A stretch of DNA of 64,000 bases, from NCBI GenBank assembly GCA_016748015.1, contig JAAOMT010000046.1, positions 434,001 to 498,000 on the forward strand, in the 5' to 3' direction. Made by a program: the position numbers and the translations under genes. Below are positions 53,291 through 64,000 of the stretch, one piece after another. Under the pieces are notes generated by a model. The model saw nothing but the letters and a program-made list of their open reading frames with translations. It was not told the DNA's origin and made no database searches. Source of the DNA: Geosiphon pyriformis uo1. Taxonomy: Eukaryota; Fungi; Glomeromycota. Position 1 is the first letter of the stretch. Each line of letters begins with the position of its first letter.

Positions 53291-56200
53291 AGTTTAACCA
53301 ATTCAAAATTTTTGGTTAACATAATTACTGCTTAAAAATTAATTAAACATGATAAATATACTTTTTGTAAAAAACTATTGTATAGTTTTCAAATAAACTG
53401 GTTTAAGATTTGGAGTATAGTAAAATAACTTGTGTTAATAATTTGTATTTAATACAAATTTTAATAAAAATATTTAAGATAAGTTGTAACTACTTTATTT
53501 TTTTTTGTTTTATAATAGTAAAATAAGCTTAAAGTTAATTAATAATAATAATATTATTAATATTGTAAAAAAGCTAATTTAAATATGAAAAAATTGTTTG
53601 GTTTTGCTGTTAAACTTTAGTATTATAAATTAGCAGTATTTTAAAAAAAGTAATAAATTACTTAAAAAACTCTAATATTGTTTTAGCCATTAGTTACAAT
53701 TATTATTTTAATGTTATTTAATTATAATTAAATATTGAAATTTTGTTAATGAATTTTTTAATTTTAATAATTAAAACATATTATTAATGCTATTAATAAG
53801 AGATATAAAATAAGTAGTAAATAAATTTTAATAATATAAATGCCAATAATAAAGTTATAAGTACAGCTAATAATAAGTTTTTTGATACAGTTACTGTTGA
53901 ATTTGCAAAAATTGGTTTTTAATTTATTTTTAAAGTTTAATTTGTTGAAGTTTAAATTATAATAAATTATAAAATCGAATTTTTTTCTGATTTTTTCTGA
54001 TTTTTATTTTTATTTTCTGAATTAGTATTTTTTATTTACTAATAAATCCATAAATTAGAGATATTAATAGTAATTAAAAAGTTAATAACATAAATAGTTA
54101 TAACTTGAATTTTTAAAAAATTTGCTGTATTTTTTTAGTAAATTAGAATTTTTGAAAATAAAATTATAAACTTTGGAATTGTGTAGTAAAAAATAATATA
54201 TTTTTTTCTGAAATTTAAATTGCGTTTTTGGAAATATAATAATATAATAAATTTGTGAATGATACGATTCGCAATTTTTTCTTAAACTTTTTTTAAAATA
54301 ATTATTAAGATTTTTAATTTGTTTTTTTTTATTAAAGATTATTGAAAAAAATTTTAAATATATTAATTTTCCAATTTATTTCTATAATTATTAACATAAA
54401 ATTATAATTTATGTTGTAATAATTTTTTGTAATAATTTTTTTTGGCTGTTTTTGAATTTTCAGTTTTGTTTAAAAATGTATAATCTTTTTATTAATAAAA
54501 AATTAAAGACTAATTCAATTAAAAGACTATTGTTAATTAATTCTAAATATTCTTGGTATATTAAAATAAAAATTTTACAAATTTAAAGTAGTTTATTTTT
54601 GTGAATTTTGATTTTATTATTTTTGTTAATTATATTTAATAATGTTTTTGTTTTTTGTAAATTATATTTTACAAAAAGCACTAAATTTATGGTAATTTTT
54701 AATGTTATATATAATTTTATAATTTAGTATTAAAATAATATTTAATAATCTAAAACTTTTGAGTAGATTTAAAAATTTTAATAGTTAAGTCTTTTGTATA
54801 ATAAATAAAAATTTACTAATAATAAATAATACTTAATTTTTAACTTTTTTAGCATAGTAATAAATTTATTTTGATGTTTTTACTTTTTTAGTAAACAATC
54901 TTATTTTTATTAAATATTTTTTAATGTTATAAACTTTGTTTTTTTTAATCAATTAATAATTTCATAAATATTACAAAATAATAAAAAATAAAATAAAATA
55001 AAATAAAATAAAAAATATTAATATTTTATTAATAATTATAATTAAGAGCTATTATTATAATATAATTAAATTTTTTAATAAATATAATTAATATTTATAT
55101 TTTAAATTGTATTAAAAATAAACAATAAATAAATTTACAATAAATATATTGATTACATATAACTTAAATAAAATATTAATAATTAAAATATAATAATTAT
55201 GATTTTTATTAACTATTTTAAGTAATAAATTTTTAATTGTTAAAATAAATTGGATAAAAAAAATTATTTTTTTGTTTTTAAAACTATTTTTATATATATA
55301 TAAATTTTTTTTTTTATTAAATTTAATGAGTGAAGTCCAAACACTGCCTAGTGACAATACATCAAAATAATAATCTATACTAGGTGTGAATTATGTTTTT
55401 ACTACATGTGACTAGCCATTCAAGCCAACTAAGACTACACTATATACTCACAGACACAGAAACCAAATCACCTATACCTAAAAAAAACTAACAGGAACTA
55501 CACAACCCAAAACTAACACCAAATGCATCATCAATACCAAACAGTCTAATCACATAGGCCAAAAGCATTGACATGCCACCAGACACTAAGACAAGAATCA
55601 AACCATTGTGAGGGATCAAATCATGTTTCTTCATAAAAGCTTGATGCTTAGAGCAGACCAGCTAAATATTATTCCTAAAAGACAAGCACAAACTGCAAAC
55701 AAACTCAACCATCTTATCAGATGCAGTTTTAGAGTCATCAAAGCAGGAAGCGGCCTTCTGGTACCAATCTACGAGCACAAAATCTTTGCACAGAAAAGCA
55801 ACCAGACTCAAATTAGTCAAACAATCAGATAACATTTGTAACACAAGAGACGAGGTATAGGATAGACCAAAAACAATTCTCCAAGCAGAAGCAAAATCAA
55901 CAAACAATTGGAGCCAAGCAGTTGCATCAAATGCACAAGAAAACACATGGTCTGACACTTCAATATTGCCACAATACAAACACACTACACTGGGGTAACA
56001 TTTATCATAGAGGTGTTTGTGAATATTAATAGGCAGTCTATGATGTAAAGCTTTCATAAAATAGAAATGGGAGCCAGCAGAGTGACAACTCATAAAGCCA
56101 GCAGCCATATGAGAGTCAAGATGCCAAACAAGGAACAATCTAGACCAATCAATATTTGGAAGCAGATGACTGTCCACAATTTTGATGTCAGAGCCTAATT

Positions 56201-57900
56201 CCCAGTATGTGCGATAGATAGACCAAAAAACATTACAAACAAAGTGTCGAGAGTTATCAGAAACAATACTGTCATTTGCCAAAATAAAATACTTCTTGAA
56301 CCAGAAGGGGGAGAGGAGGAGCCAGCTGGAATGAGAAGAGACACCAGCAAGCAAATTAGCTTGCACATTATTCATAACATCTGAGTGTTTTTTAATCTTA
56401 TACCAGCCAATATTTAAATTTCTTTTACATATGATATCAACAATGTGTTAATGTTCGACCCAACATTTGTTTTAAAAATCTGAAACCAACAACAATAATT
56501 CAGCTCTACATATATCCAAGGCAGCTTGGCTGTCAGAGAATAAACAGACTGAACTTGAACTAGGCACACACTTAAAGACCAACACTATGGCTTAAAGCTC
56601 CACCAATATAGAAGACACCATACCAGTTACTTCCACTCCAAGACCTAAGTTAATGTCCTTGAAGAACACAGCAGTGCCAGCTTTCATATTAACACTCCCT
56701 AGGCCACAAAAAAAACCATCTGTGTACACAGAAAGGCTAGAGGCACCAACACTAAACAATCAATCATGCACTGTCTTAAACTTATGAGATTTAAGAATGT
56801 TCTTTGCAACAGCACTATTTGGAAGGGAAGAGCAAACATCAAGAGAACCAAAATTATGGAGATCCCAAATGGCAGCACCAAACCAGACAGGAACAGGACC
56901 ATATAGATCAAGTCTCTTCCACTGCTTGAAAGTCTTCCAGTTGAAAACAGTTCCATTATGGCACCGAAGCTGCTCAACAAAAGCAATTTCATAATGACAA
57001 AAAGAGAAAAGACACCTGAAATACATAGATTTACTAAAGACACCAGATAAAAAAGTTCTACACTAAAAGTGAAAAACATTACACTTAAGATTGCCCAAAG
57101 ATAAACCAAAACTAAGAAAGACCCAAACCACACCCACCAAGAAGTTGTTTAAAGGATTAACACTAATATGAACAAGGAAGCACAAGAGATGCACTGGATA
57201 CCAACTCACAACCTGCAAGTTATGCGACCTATGCTTGAACAATTGGCCCAAAACTCTAACAAAGTTGGTGAAACACACCACAGCAGTGATCTTACCTTCA
57301 GCTTAGATCTGTTCAAAAATCTTTAAGCCATAAAATAAGGAATAGTGCAAAACATCATTAGGAAAGTCCAGAGGCAGACCCAATTTCAATTTCAGGCCCT
57401 TCCAAATTAAAACATCTCACTTTCGGCACACATTAGCAGAAATGAAGCTAAACTGAGTCCTATAATCAATGATAAAATAAAAAACAACCAAAACCAAATA
57501 AGAGAACTGTTTGTCTAAAATAGCTTTCCTTAGAACAAGATTGGCAAAAAACCGTACATCTGAATGCACTTTAGTCAGACTAAACTTAGATAACCTATTA
57601 GAGAAAAAAAAAATTCCCAGATATTGGTGAGATATTTTTTTTTTGGTGATGGATAAATTTTTATAATATAAAATTTCTAAAATTTTTATTAATTCTTATA
57701 TTTTTTCTAAATTATTAAAATTTTTGACATTTCTAAAATTTTTGATATTTTTTTTAAATTTTTGATTGGCATTTTTAAATTTTTTTTGGTATTTTTAAAT
57801 TCCTAATATTATGATTGGCTAATTTATGTTATAATTAATAATTGTTTTTGTTTTTCTTATTATTTTATAAGTAATAATATTTTTAATATTTTAAGTTAAT
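53290..57900 (-). mobile_element. Old Gypsy 5' relic (gag, PBS ~54665-54683, LTR from ~54686) paralogous to 1-9640, interrupted by LINE-D
   Basis: Gag-like VVTTYL...QILNQF at 53395-53500 (minus). TTACAAAAAGCAC shared with 8132-8144. The sequence across the LINE-D site matches 9341-9380. Confidence 0.6.
55310..57652 (-). mobile_element. 5'-truncated LINE (LINE-D): RT end, RNase H, CCHC, 3' tail
   Basis: PolyT at 55305-55315. TSD ATAAATTTTT at 55300-55309 and 57653-57662. Motifs SHQYLGI, VYTDG and CLYCGNIEVSDHVFSC. Confidence 0.92.
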
Positions 57901-58124
57901 TTGTTAATATTAATTTTAATTATTTGTACTGTGTTTTTATCAATTAAAATAAATTACTAAATACAAAAAAATTAACTTAATTTTAATTATTAAATTCTAT
58001 TAATATTTTTTGTTATAATTTAATTAATTATATCTTAATTAATTTAATATTATTAAACTTAAATAATACTATATATATAGTTTTTACAAATGTTTTTACA
58101 AAAAATTTTTTAAATATTATAATC

Positions 58125-60413
58125 AGTTTTAATAAATGCTAATTTTATGACCACAACCAGAACAAAGAGTAAAAAAGCTACACCTGATATCTGTCCTGAA
58201 ATATCTAATAAAATTTCAACCAGAGGAGCTCTCTCTGTTATAAAAGCAACTAGGCAGAATGTTTTGGAAGCCTTTTCCTTACCCAGTAATTGTAATAAGC
58301 TGCCTTTGGTAGCCACTGAAGCAACTTTCTCATCTTTGGCTGGTTTCTCATCAGTCAAAGTTCCTTCAAAGAGACACACTTGGGTTAGTTCCAGTGTTGC
58401 CTCCACTCTGACTAAGAGCCCAAAAGTTTTTAATAATAGACCAGTAAATAAGCTGGTCTTTCTTTCTATAGATTCAACACCTGGTGTTTTTAGCACCATC
58501 TTTTCAAAAAAATGGTCAAAAAGACCAAAAGTTCAGAAAAGTGGAGGCAGTTGCTTGCCTTTGTTATTGTTACACCGAACCCTTTTGTGGTTCCCAATGA
58601 GATTCTAGATGAGATCTCCATAGCATCATCTGGCATGTTGTCCAAGATGGGCCAAGATCAACCACTGGCTGTGTTGCCAAATATGGTGTCTTTTGGTAGA
58701 TCATCACCAGTTTTAGAAGCAAAGCAATCTCTTCCTATTAGATCATCTGTTCTTGGGAACTGGGCTGATCAAATAGAAACTAAATCATCTCCTTCTCTAG
58801 TTTCTGGTGCTACTTCTGGTGGTGCTTGGGAGACTATTACTAATCATCAAAGGTTTGCTAAGTGGGTGGCCTTTATTCTAGTGCTTGGTGCTACTTTTAA
58901 GATCAAATTGGCTCATGTTAAGGCTGTTTTTCAGTCAGTACATGGTTTCTTGGATGCAAAGTCAGTATCAAAAAACAATGTGAAATTGTTTTGTGTGGAG
59001 TTTGCTTCTCAAGTGTCTTTGAAAGCTGCATTCTTAGTTGAGCTTACAAGCTCTGTACATTTGGCCATCCTTAAAATTGCCAAGTTTTTGGTAATTTCTG
59101 AGTCTGGTTCCCCTTTTGCTGCTGTTGTGCTGCACAATATGCTTTTGAGTATGTCTGCTGCTGACATTAAGACAGCTCTCAGTGTGTTTGGTAGTATCAC
59201 TCATATTGTGCTGAAGTCTGTTAGTGTTTGGCAGTATGTGGTAGTTTATTTTGAAAAGTTGGACTCTGCTGTGTCTGCTTTGAATCATTGGTCAGTATTG
59301 GTGGGCAAGAATAGTGTTAGAATCCTTCTCTTGGTAAATCAAAATAAAACTATTTTGTCTCATGATAGATTTAAGGCCAAGTTGGTCAATCTTCTTTCTG
59401 GCTGTACTGCTTTTGAAATCAGTAATATGATTTCTCAGATTGGTGACCAGACTTGTTTCATTCCTTGGTCTCCTGATTCTGGTTATTGTCTTTGCTTCAC
59501 TCTAGTTATATTTGGCTCCCAAGCTGATTTAGATCTTGCTGTTGCCAAAACTGATACACTTAGAAAGTGTCATATCTGGTGGGAGACTCTTAATTGTCGG
59601 TGTTGTTTTCAGTGTCAAGAAATAGATTACTTGGCTGTAGACTGTGAGGTTGCTTCATCTTCCTTTCCTAAGACTTCCAAGGTGTTCAAACCACATTTTG
59701 TTGGTTCTTTGTCTTATGCTAAGACATCTGCTCTCTCTGTTATGTCTGAATTTCCTCTTTTGGTGACTTTTGTCCCTCTTGTGGCTATTTTTGATCCTGC
59801 TGTTGGGTCCAGATTGGGCTCTTTGGAAAAACAAATTTCGATTTTGGCTGCTTTGATAGAGTCTATTGTTGAGTTTGTTGGCTCTTTGGTTGCCTTGGTA
59901 TTTTGTCTCCTTGATAATAATGCTGTTAAAGCTGTTCAAATTGAGAAAAATCTCCTTTCTATGAAATATATTTTTAATAATTTTGCCAATCTTTTGGTTG
60001 GTGTGTTTAAGGATATTGCTTGTCTTAAATCTGAAGTTGACTTTGGTGACATGGATTATGATGATATGCAGGCTGCCAAATCTTTTTTTTTGAGTGAGAA
60101 CACTGTTGAGCATGTTATAGTTTTGTGGCAAATGTCAGATGCTGAGATTAGGAGTAGTGTTGAATCTACTAGATTATTTCTTAGTGAGTTTATTTTTAAT
60201 TCTAGAAATTTGAATGGTGTTATTGAAAAAATTCGTGTGTTGGAATTATTCCCATCTCTTATTGTTTTAGCTTAGTTAGTGTCTTGACTGACTTGGGTGG
60301 TTTGTCACATATAAAAAATGCGTGATTCACATCTAATTTGTAATTCCTTAGTAATGTATAGTATTAAATAGTGTTTGGGCACACTTTATTAAAACATAAA
60401 AAAAAAAAAAAAA
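58125..60413 (+). mobile_element. ORF1-only polyadenylated retroposon (HAL1-like non-autonomous element)
   Basis: A single ORF1-like reading frame followed directly by a LINE-type 3' tail (60276-60397) and polyA (60398-60413). Candidate TSD A(T/C)TATAATC at 58116-58124 and 60413-60421. No APE or RT sequence. Confidence 0.85.
58147..60275 (+). pseudogene. ORF1-like protein (~709 aa if one A is restored in the A7 run at 58506-58512): low-complexity N-terminus, RRM-like domains, degenerate CCHC, coiled-coil-like C-terminus
   Basis: ORFs 58147-58608 and 58512-60275 (587 aa uninterrupted). IKTALSVFGSITHIVLKSVSVWQYVVV...HWSVLVGKNSVRI aligns with LINE-C VRTAISDFEFIKLIKMQLVGL*QKAII...EWSILIGKDTVHV. 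Knuckle CFQCQEIDYLAVDC (H>Y). Confidence 0.82.
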
Positions 60414-62911
60414 CTATAATCTAATTTATATAATTATTTATAGATTTTTTAAAATTATTATTTATTATTATATTATTATTATTATTTATTATATTTATAG
60501 TTTTTATTATTTTAAATTTAAATATAAAAGTTATATAAATTATTTTATCAAATTTTAAAGAAATAAATATTTTTTCAAATTATCTATACTTAAAAACAAT
60601 TTTTTAATAGTTTTTAATTTATCTTAAGATAATTTGTTATTAATAATTAAGATAAAAATTTTTTAATAAGTATTTTAACCTTAATTTTTTTTAAAAAAAA
60701 GCATTTAAATTTTTACTAATTATATTAAAATTAATTAAACCAGAAAATTTAATAATTATTAAACAAGTTTTTATTTTAGATGTTTTAAAAGTCATATTAA
60801 TATTAATTATATTTAAATTACTAAAATTATTAAAATTATAAACTATTATTTTAACCAAGTATTTTTCTTTTATGTTAATATTTTTTATTTTTGTTGTATT
60901 TTTAATATTAGTACTAAAATTAATTAAATTGAAAAGCCAATTTTATTACTGTTATTTTTTAAAAAAAACTTATTTTTATACTTTTTTTTTTACAAGTAAA
61001 GCTTTACTAATTAAGTTAAAGTTTATACTTTTTAAATTTTTTTTTAAATCTATTTTTTTATTAATAGTACTATTGGTCTTAAAAAAAGTTTTTAACAAAT
61101 TTTATTTATTATTTAATGTAATTTTAAGAATAAATATTAAGTAAAAAGATGTTAAATTGTTATTTTAATTAAAAAAAAATTTTGTTAAATAAATTAAGAT
61201 TAATAATTATTTGAAAAATTCGAAAAATAAGATTATAAATATTTTGGCAAATAAAACAATTAAATTTAATCTTTTATTATTATTTAAAATTAAAAAAATA
61301 CATTAAAACTGGTTATATAATTTTGTTTAATAGTATTTATTATTTTGTTAAAAAATTGTTTAATTTTATTAATAATATTTAATAAAAAACCAATATATAA
61401 TTTGGTATATTAATATATTTTTAATAATTAATTAAAAAATTATTGATTTTATACATATATAATAAAAGTTTATATAAAAAAACTGTTAATTATAACAAAA
61501 AAAAAGCTGTATAATCTTAAATATTTAAATATTTTATGTATTAAATATAAATTATTAAAAAAACTGTATTTAAAAAATATGCAAATACTTAAACAATTAT
61601 ATTTAATATTTTAATTGTTAATTTTATTATAATATAAATATTATATAATATTTAAAAAAAATAAGTATTTATTATTAAAAGTTTTGTTTTTAAAAATTGT
61701 TTTCTAATTTATTAGATAAATTTAATTAAGATAATATTGTTTTTTTGTATATTATTGGTTTTGTTTATTATTTAATTTTGGTTTATAAAAAATATATCTA
61801 ATTGTTTAACTTTAAATTAAAAATAGAATATAAAATATTTTTATTATTATTTTAAAAATATAAAATTATGTAAAATTGATTTTGTTTATAATATGACTTT
61901 AAGCTTTGAACATAAACAAAATAATATTTTATTTTTAATTTATATTTATTATCTATTAATAATATTATTAATAATATGTAATATAATTTTAATTAACTTA
62001 AATAGCTAATTATATGTAAATAAAACACTAATTATATTTATTTTAAAATTATTTGTAATTATATTATAATAAATAATAATTAAAATATATTTATTAATAC
62101 AAAAAAAATTTAATTCAAAAATAACTTAATAATTAAACTTTTAAAAATTGTTATTATTAAATTTAAATAGTTTAAAATTTTTTAATTATAAACGAAAATA
62201 AAACAATTTAAATTATAAAAAAATCTTAATATTTATTTATGTGTTAATATTTTAGTTAAATTTTATAAATTAAGGCTTTTTTGGCAAATGTTTAAGTTTT
62301 AAAAAAGTTTATATTTTTTTAATATTAATGTGGTTTTAATTTGATAATTTATATATTTTATTTGTTACATTTTATAGTTTTATAATTGCTATTGTTTTAT
62401 TTTCAAACATATTAAAATATATCATGTAAAAATAAGGTAAGAATGTATTAATTATATAATATGTTTAAATATTAACTGTATAATTATTATTAAAAAATTA
62501 TTATTTTTATAAAGAAATTTTTTTTTATAATTCATATTTTGTATATATTATTGCATGAATCTGTTTTTTTAATATTTAATAGTAAAAGCGTATTTTAAAA
62601 AATTGAATTATATTCAAAATTTATTTGCATTAAAGACTAGTAAGATAAAGATTATATATAGACAAATATAATTAGCAAGATATCACCTGCTTAAAAGCAA
62701 AAAAGACAGCAACCACAGATAGGGGAACTTTTATGATCATAATGTTAGAAGGTAATTTCCCGGGTTTTGATCTTTTCAAAGGCTAAATTTGATTGTTTAT
62801 TGTTTATATTATTAGTTATTATGAAAAATAAATAGAATCAGGAATTTGGGATCGAAAAAATTACAGATATCCTATTTAAGACTCGACTATAAATTATTAG
62901 AGAAATAACAA

Positions 62912-62947
<36 letters not shown>
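62912..62947. repeat. (ATT)12 microsatellite
   Basis: Direct reading of the sequence. Confidence 0.9.
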
Positions 62948-62948
<1 letters not shown>

Positions 62949-63265
62949 GTAATCCATTTCCTGATATGAACCCTTCATTAGCAATTGGACACCCTTTACC
63001 ACAAGTGAAATATTAAATAAGGATACAAAACTTTAAAAGTCACGTCAGACATTTTTTTAAACTCTAAATAACCAACTTTTGGAATTGAAATCAAGACATT
63101 AATATTACTAACTATGCTGCTGAGTCAGGAAACATTTACACATAATTGCACAATAATGATGTTAAATAAATTATTTCTAAATCATGGATTGGGTTATTAA
63201 CCGGGTTTGTTATTTTTTTTTAGTTCATTTTTAAAAAAATCCGTAACGATTGATAAATGTCACAT

Positions 63266-63266
<1 letters not shown>

Positions 63267-63312
<46 letters not shown>

Positions 63313-63354
63313 TAATAAATAATAATAATAATAATAAATAATAATAATAATAAT
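63267..63354. repeat. Interrupted (AAT)n microsatellite
   Basis: Direct reading of the sequence. Confidence 0.9.
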
Positions 63355-64000
63355 CATAAATTAGGGGGGTGATCTTAATCAATTGAAAATGGGAAATCAC
63401 GTAAGATCAACATTAGTATTGGGAATATACCATTTTTCTTTGTTTCAACATCGAGAAGTAAAATATTTGAAAAATAACCTTTCTTCCCACCCTCAAAAAG
63501 ATTTCGATTTCTCTTTATCGGTGACAAATTAAAATAATCATATTGGGAAAATTTTTTGCACGTTTTAGATTCGGGTTTTTGTAATGGATAAGTTAGTGAA
63601 CGTTTGTTGTTAATCAAATTATGCACGTGCATATGTATTTGTATTTGTGTTGAATATCGATATTCTAAATAGTATTTGGTTATTTGACGATTTTTTTATT
63701 TTAACCTCATTTGAATTTCTTTCCAAGTTTTCCATCTTTTTTTTTCTTCTTTTTTTTTGGTTATGATGTTATTATTGTTATTTTTTCAGGATGACGATTT
63801 TCTTTTCTGGAATTAATCATGTTCCTAAATACTCTCACAATAGACAACAAAATAAGAGAGAAAAAAATCTCATCTTTTTTTTAAATCGTGCTTCTATATT
63901 CGGTTTAACATGGAGAAAAGTTAAAAAATGGGGATATTTTATATCGTAATGATATTCCGACGCCGTAAAAAAAAAAAGATTTGATAGGGAATTTGATGAT

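Larger units (their letters stand above)
62640..64000. other. CpG-retaining non-repeat region, probably flanking a host gene beyond the window
   Basis: Frequent CG dinucleotides, as around eIF4E and unlike the TE-derived DNA. No convincing CDS. Confidence 0.45.

Noticed and set aside
59655-60131. Antisense ORFs over TE coding regions (also 58110-58499, 5731-5994, 8492-8845 and others)
   Set aside because: Shadow frames of the real TE ORFs on the opposite strand.
58147-60275. Domesticated host RNA-binding gene
   Set aside because: No introns, CpG-depleted like the TEs, frameshifted, knuckle His mutated, and it ends in a LINE tail with genomic polyA.
63375-63632. 85-aa ORF in the CpG-retaining terminal region
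   Set aside because: No recognisable motif or supportable exon structure.

Overview
Eukaryotic, very AT-rich fungal DNA. The intron style and transposon families suggest Glomeromycotina or another Mucoromycota; this is an inference, not a database result. Only one clear host gene is present: a 4-exon class I eIF4E (12358-13326) in a small island that retains CpG. Most of the rest is nested transposable elements at different stages of C>T/G>A decay. These are: two full-length LINEs (ORF1 RRM+CCHC; ORF2 APE-RT-RNaseH-CCHC; polyA; TSDs), two 5'-truncated LINEs, two tiny LINE-tail insertions, one structurally complete Ty3/Gypsy element with an extra third ORF, one DD34E Tc1 transposon, and several older Gypsy relics and solo LTRs. 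The most notable item is a ~2.3 kb polyadenylated element (58125-60413). It encodes only a divergent ORF1-type protein with no ORF2, yet carries the same ~120-nt structured 3' tail as the autonomous LINEs, so it is a candidate HAL1-like (ORF1-only) non-autonomous retroposon in a fungus. Also notable: a conserved 3' RNA stem-loop in the LINE tails, a conserved AUGA stop/start overlap between ORF1 and ORF2, a nested insertion whose empty site can be reconstructed, and a transition-only mutation pattern resembling RIP.
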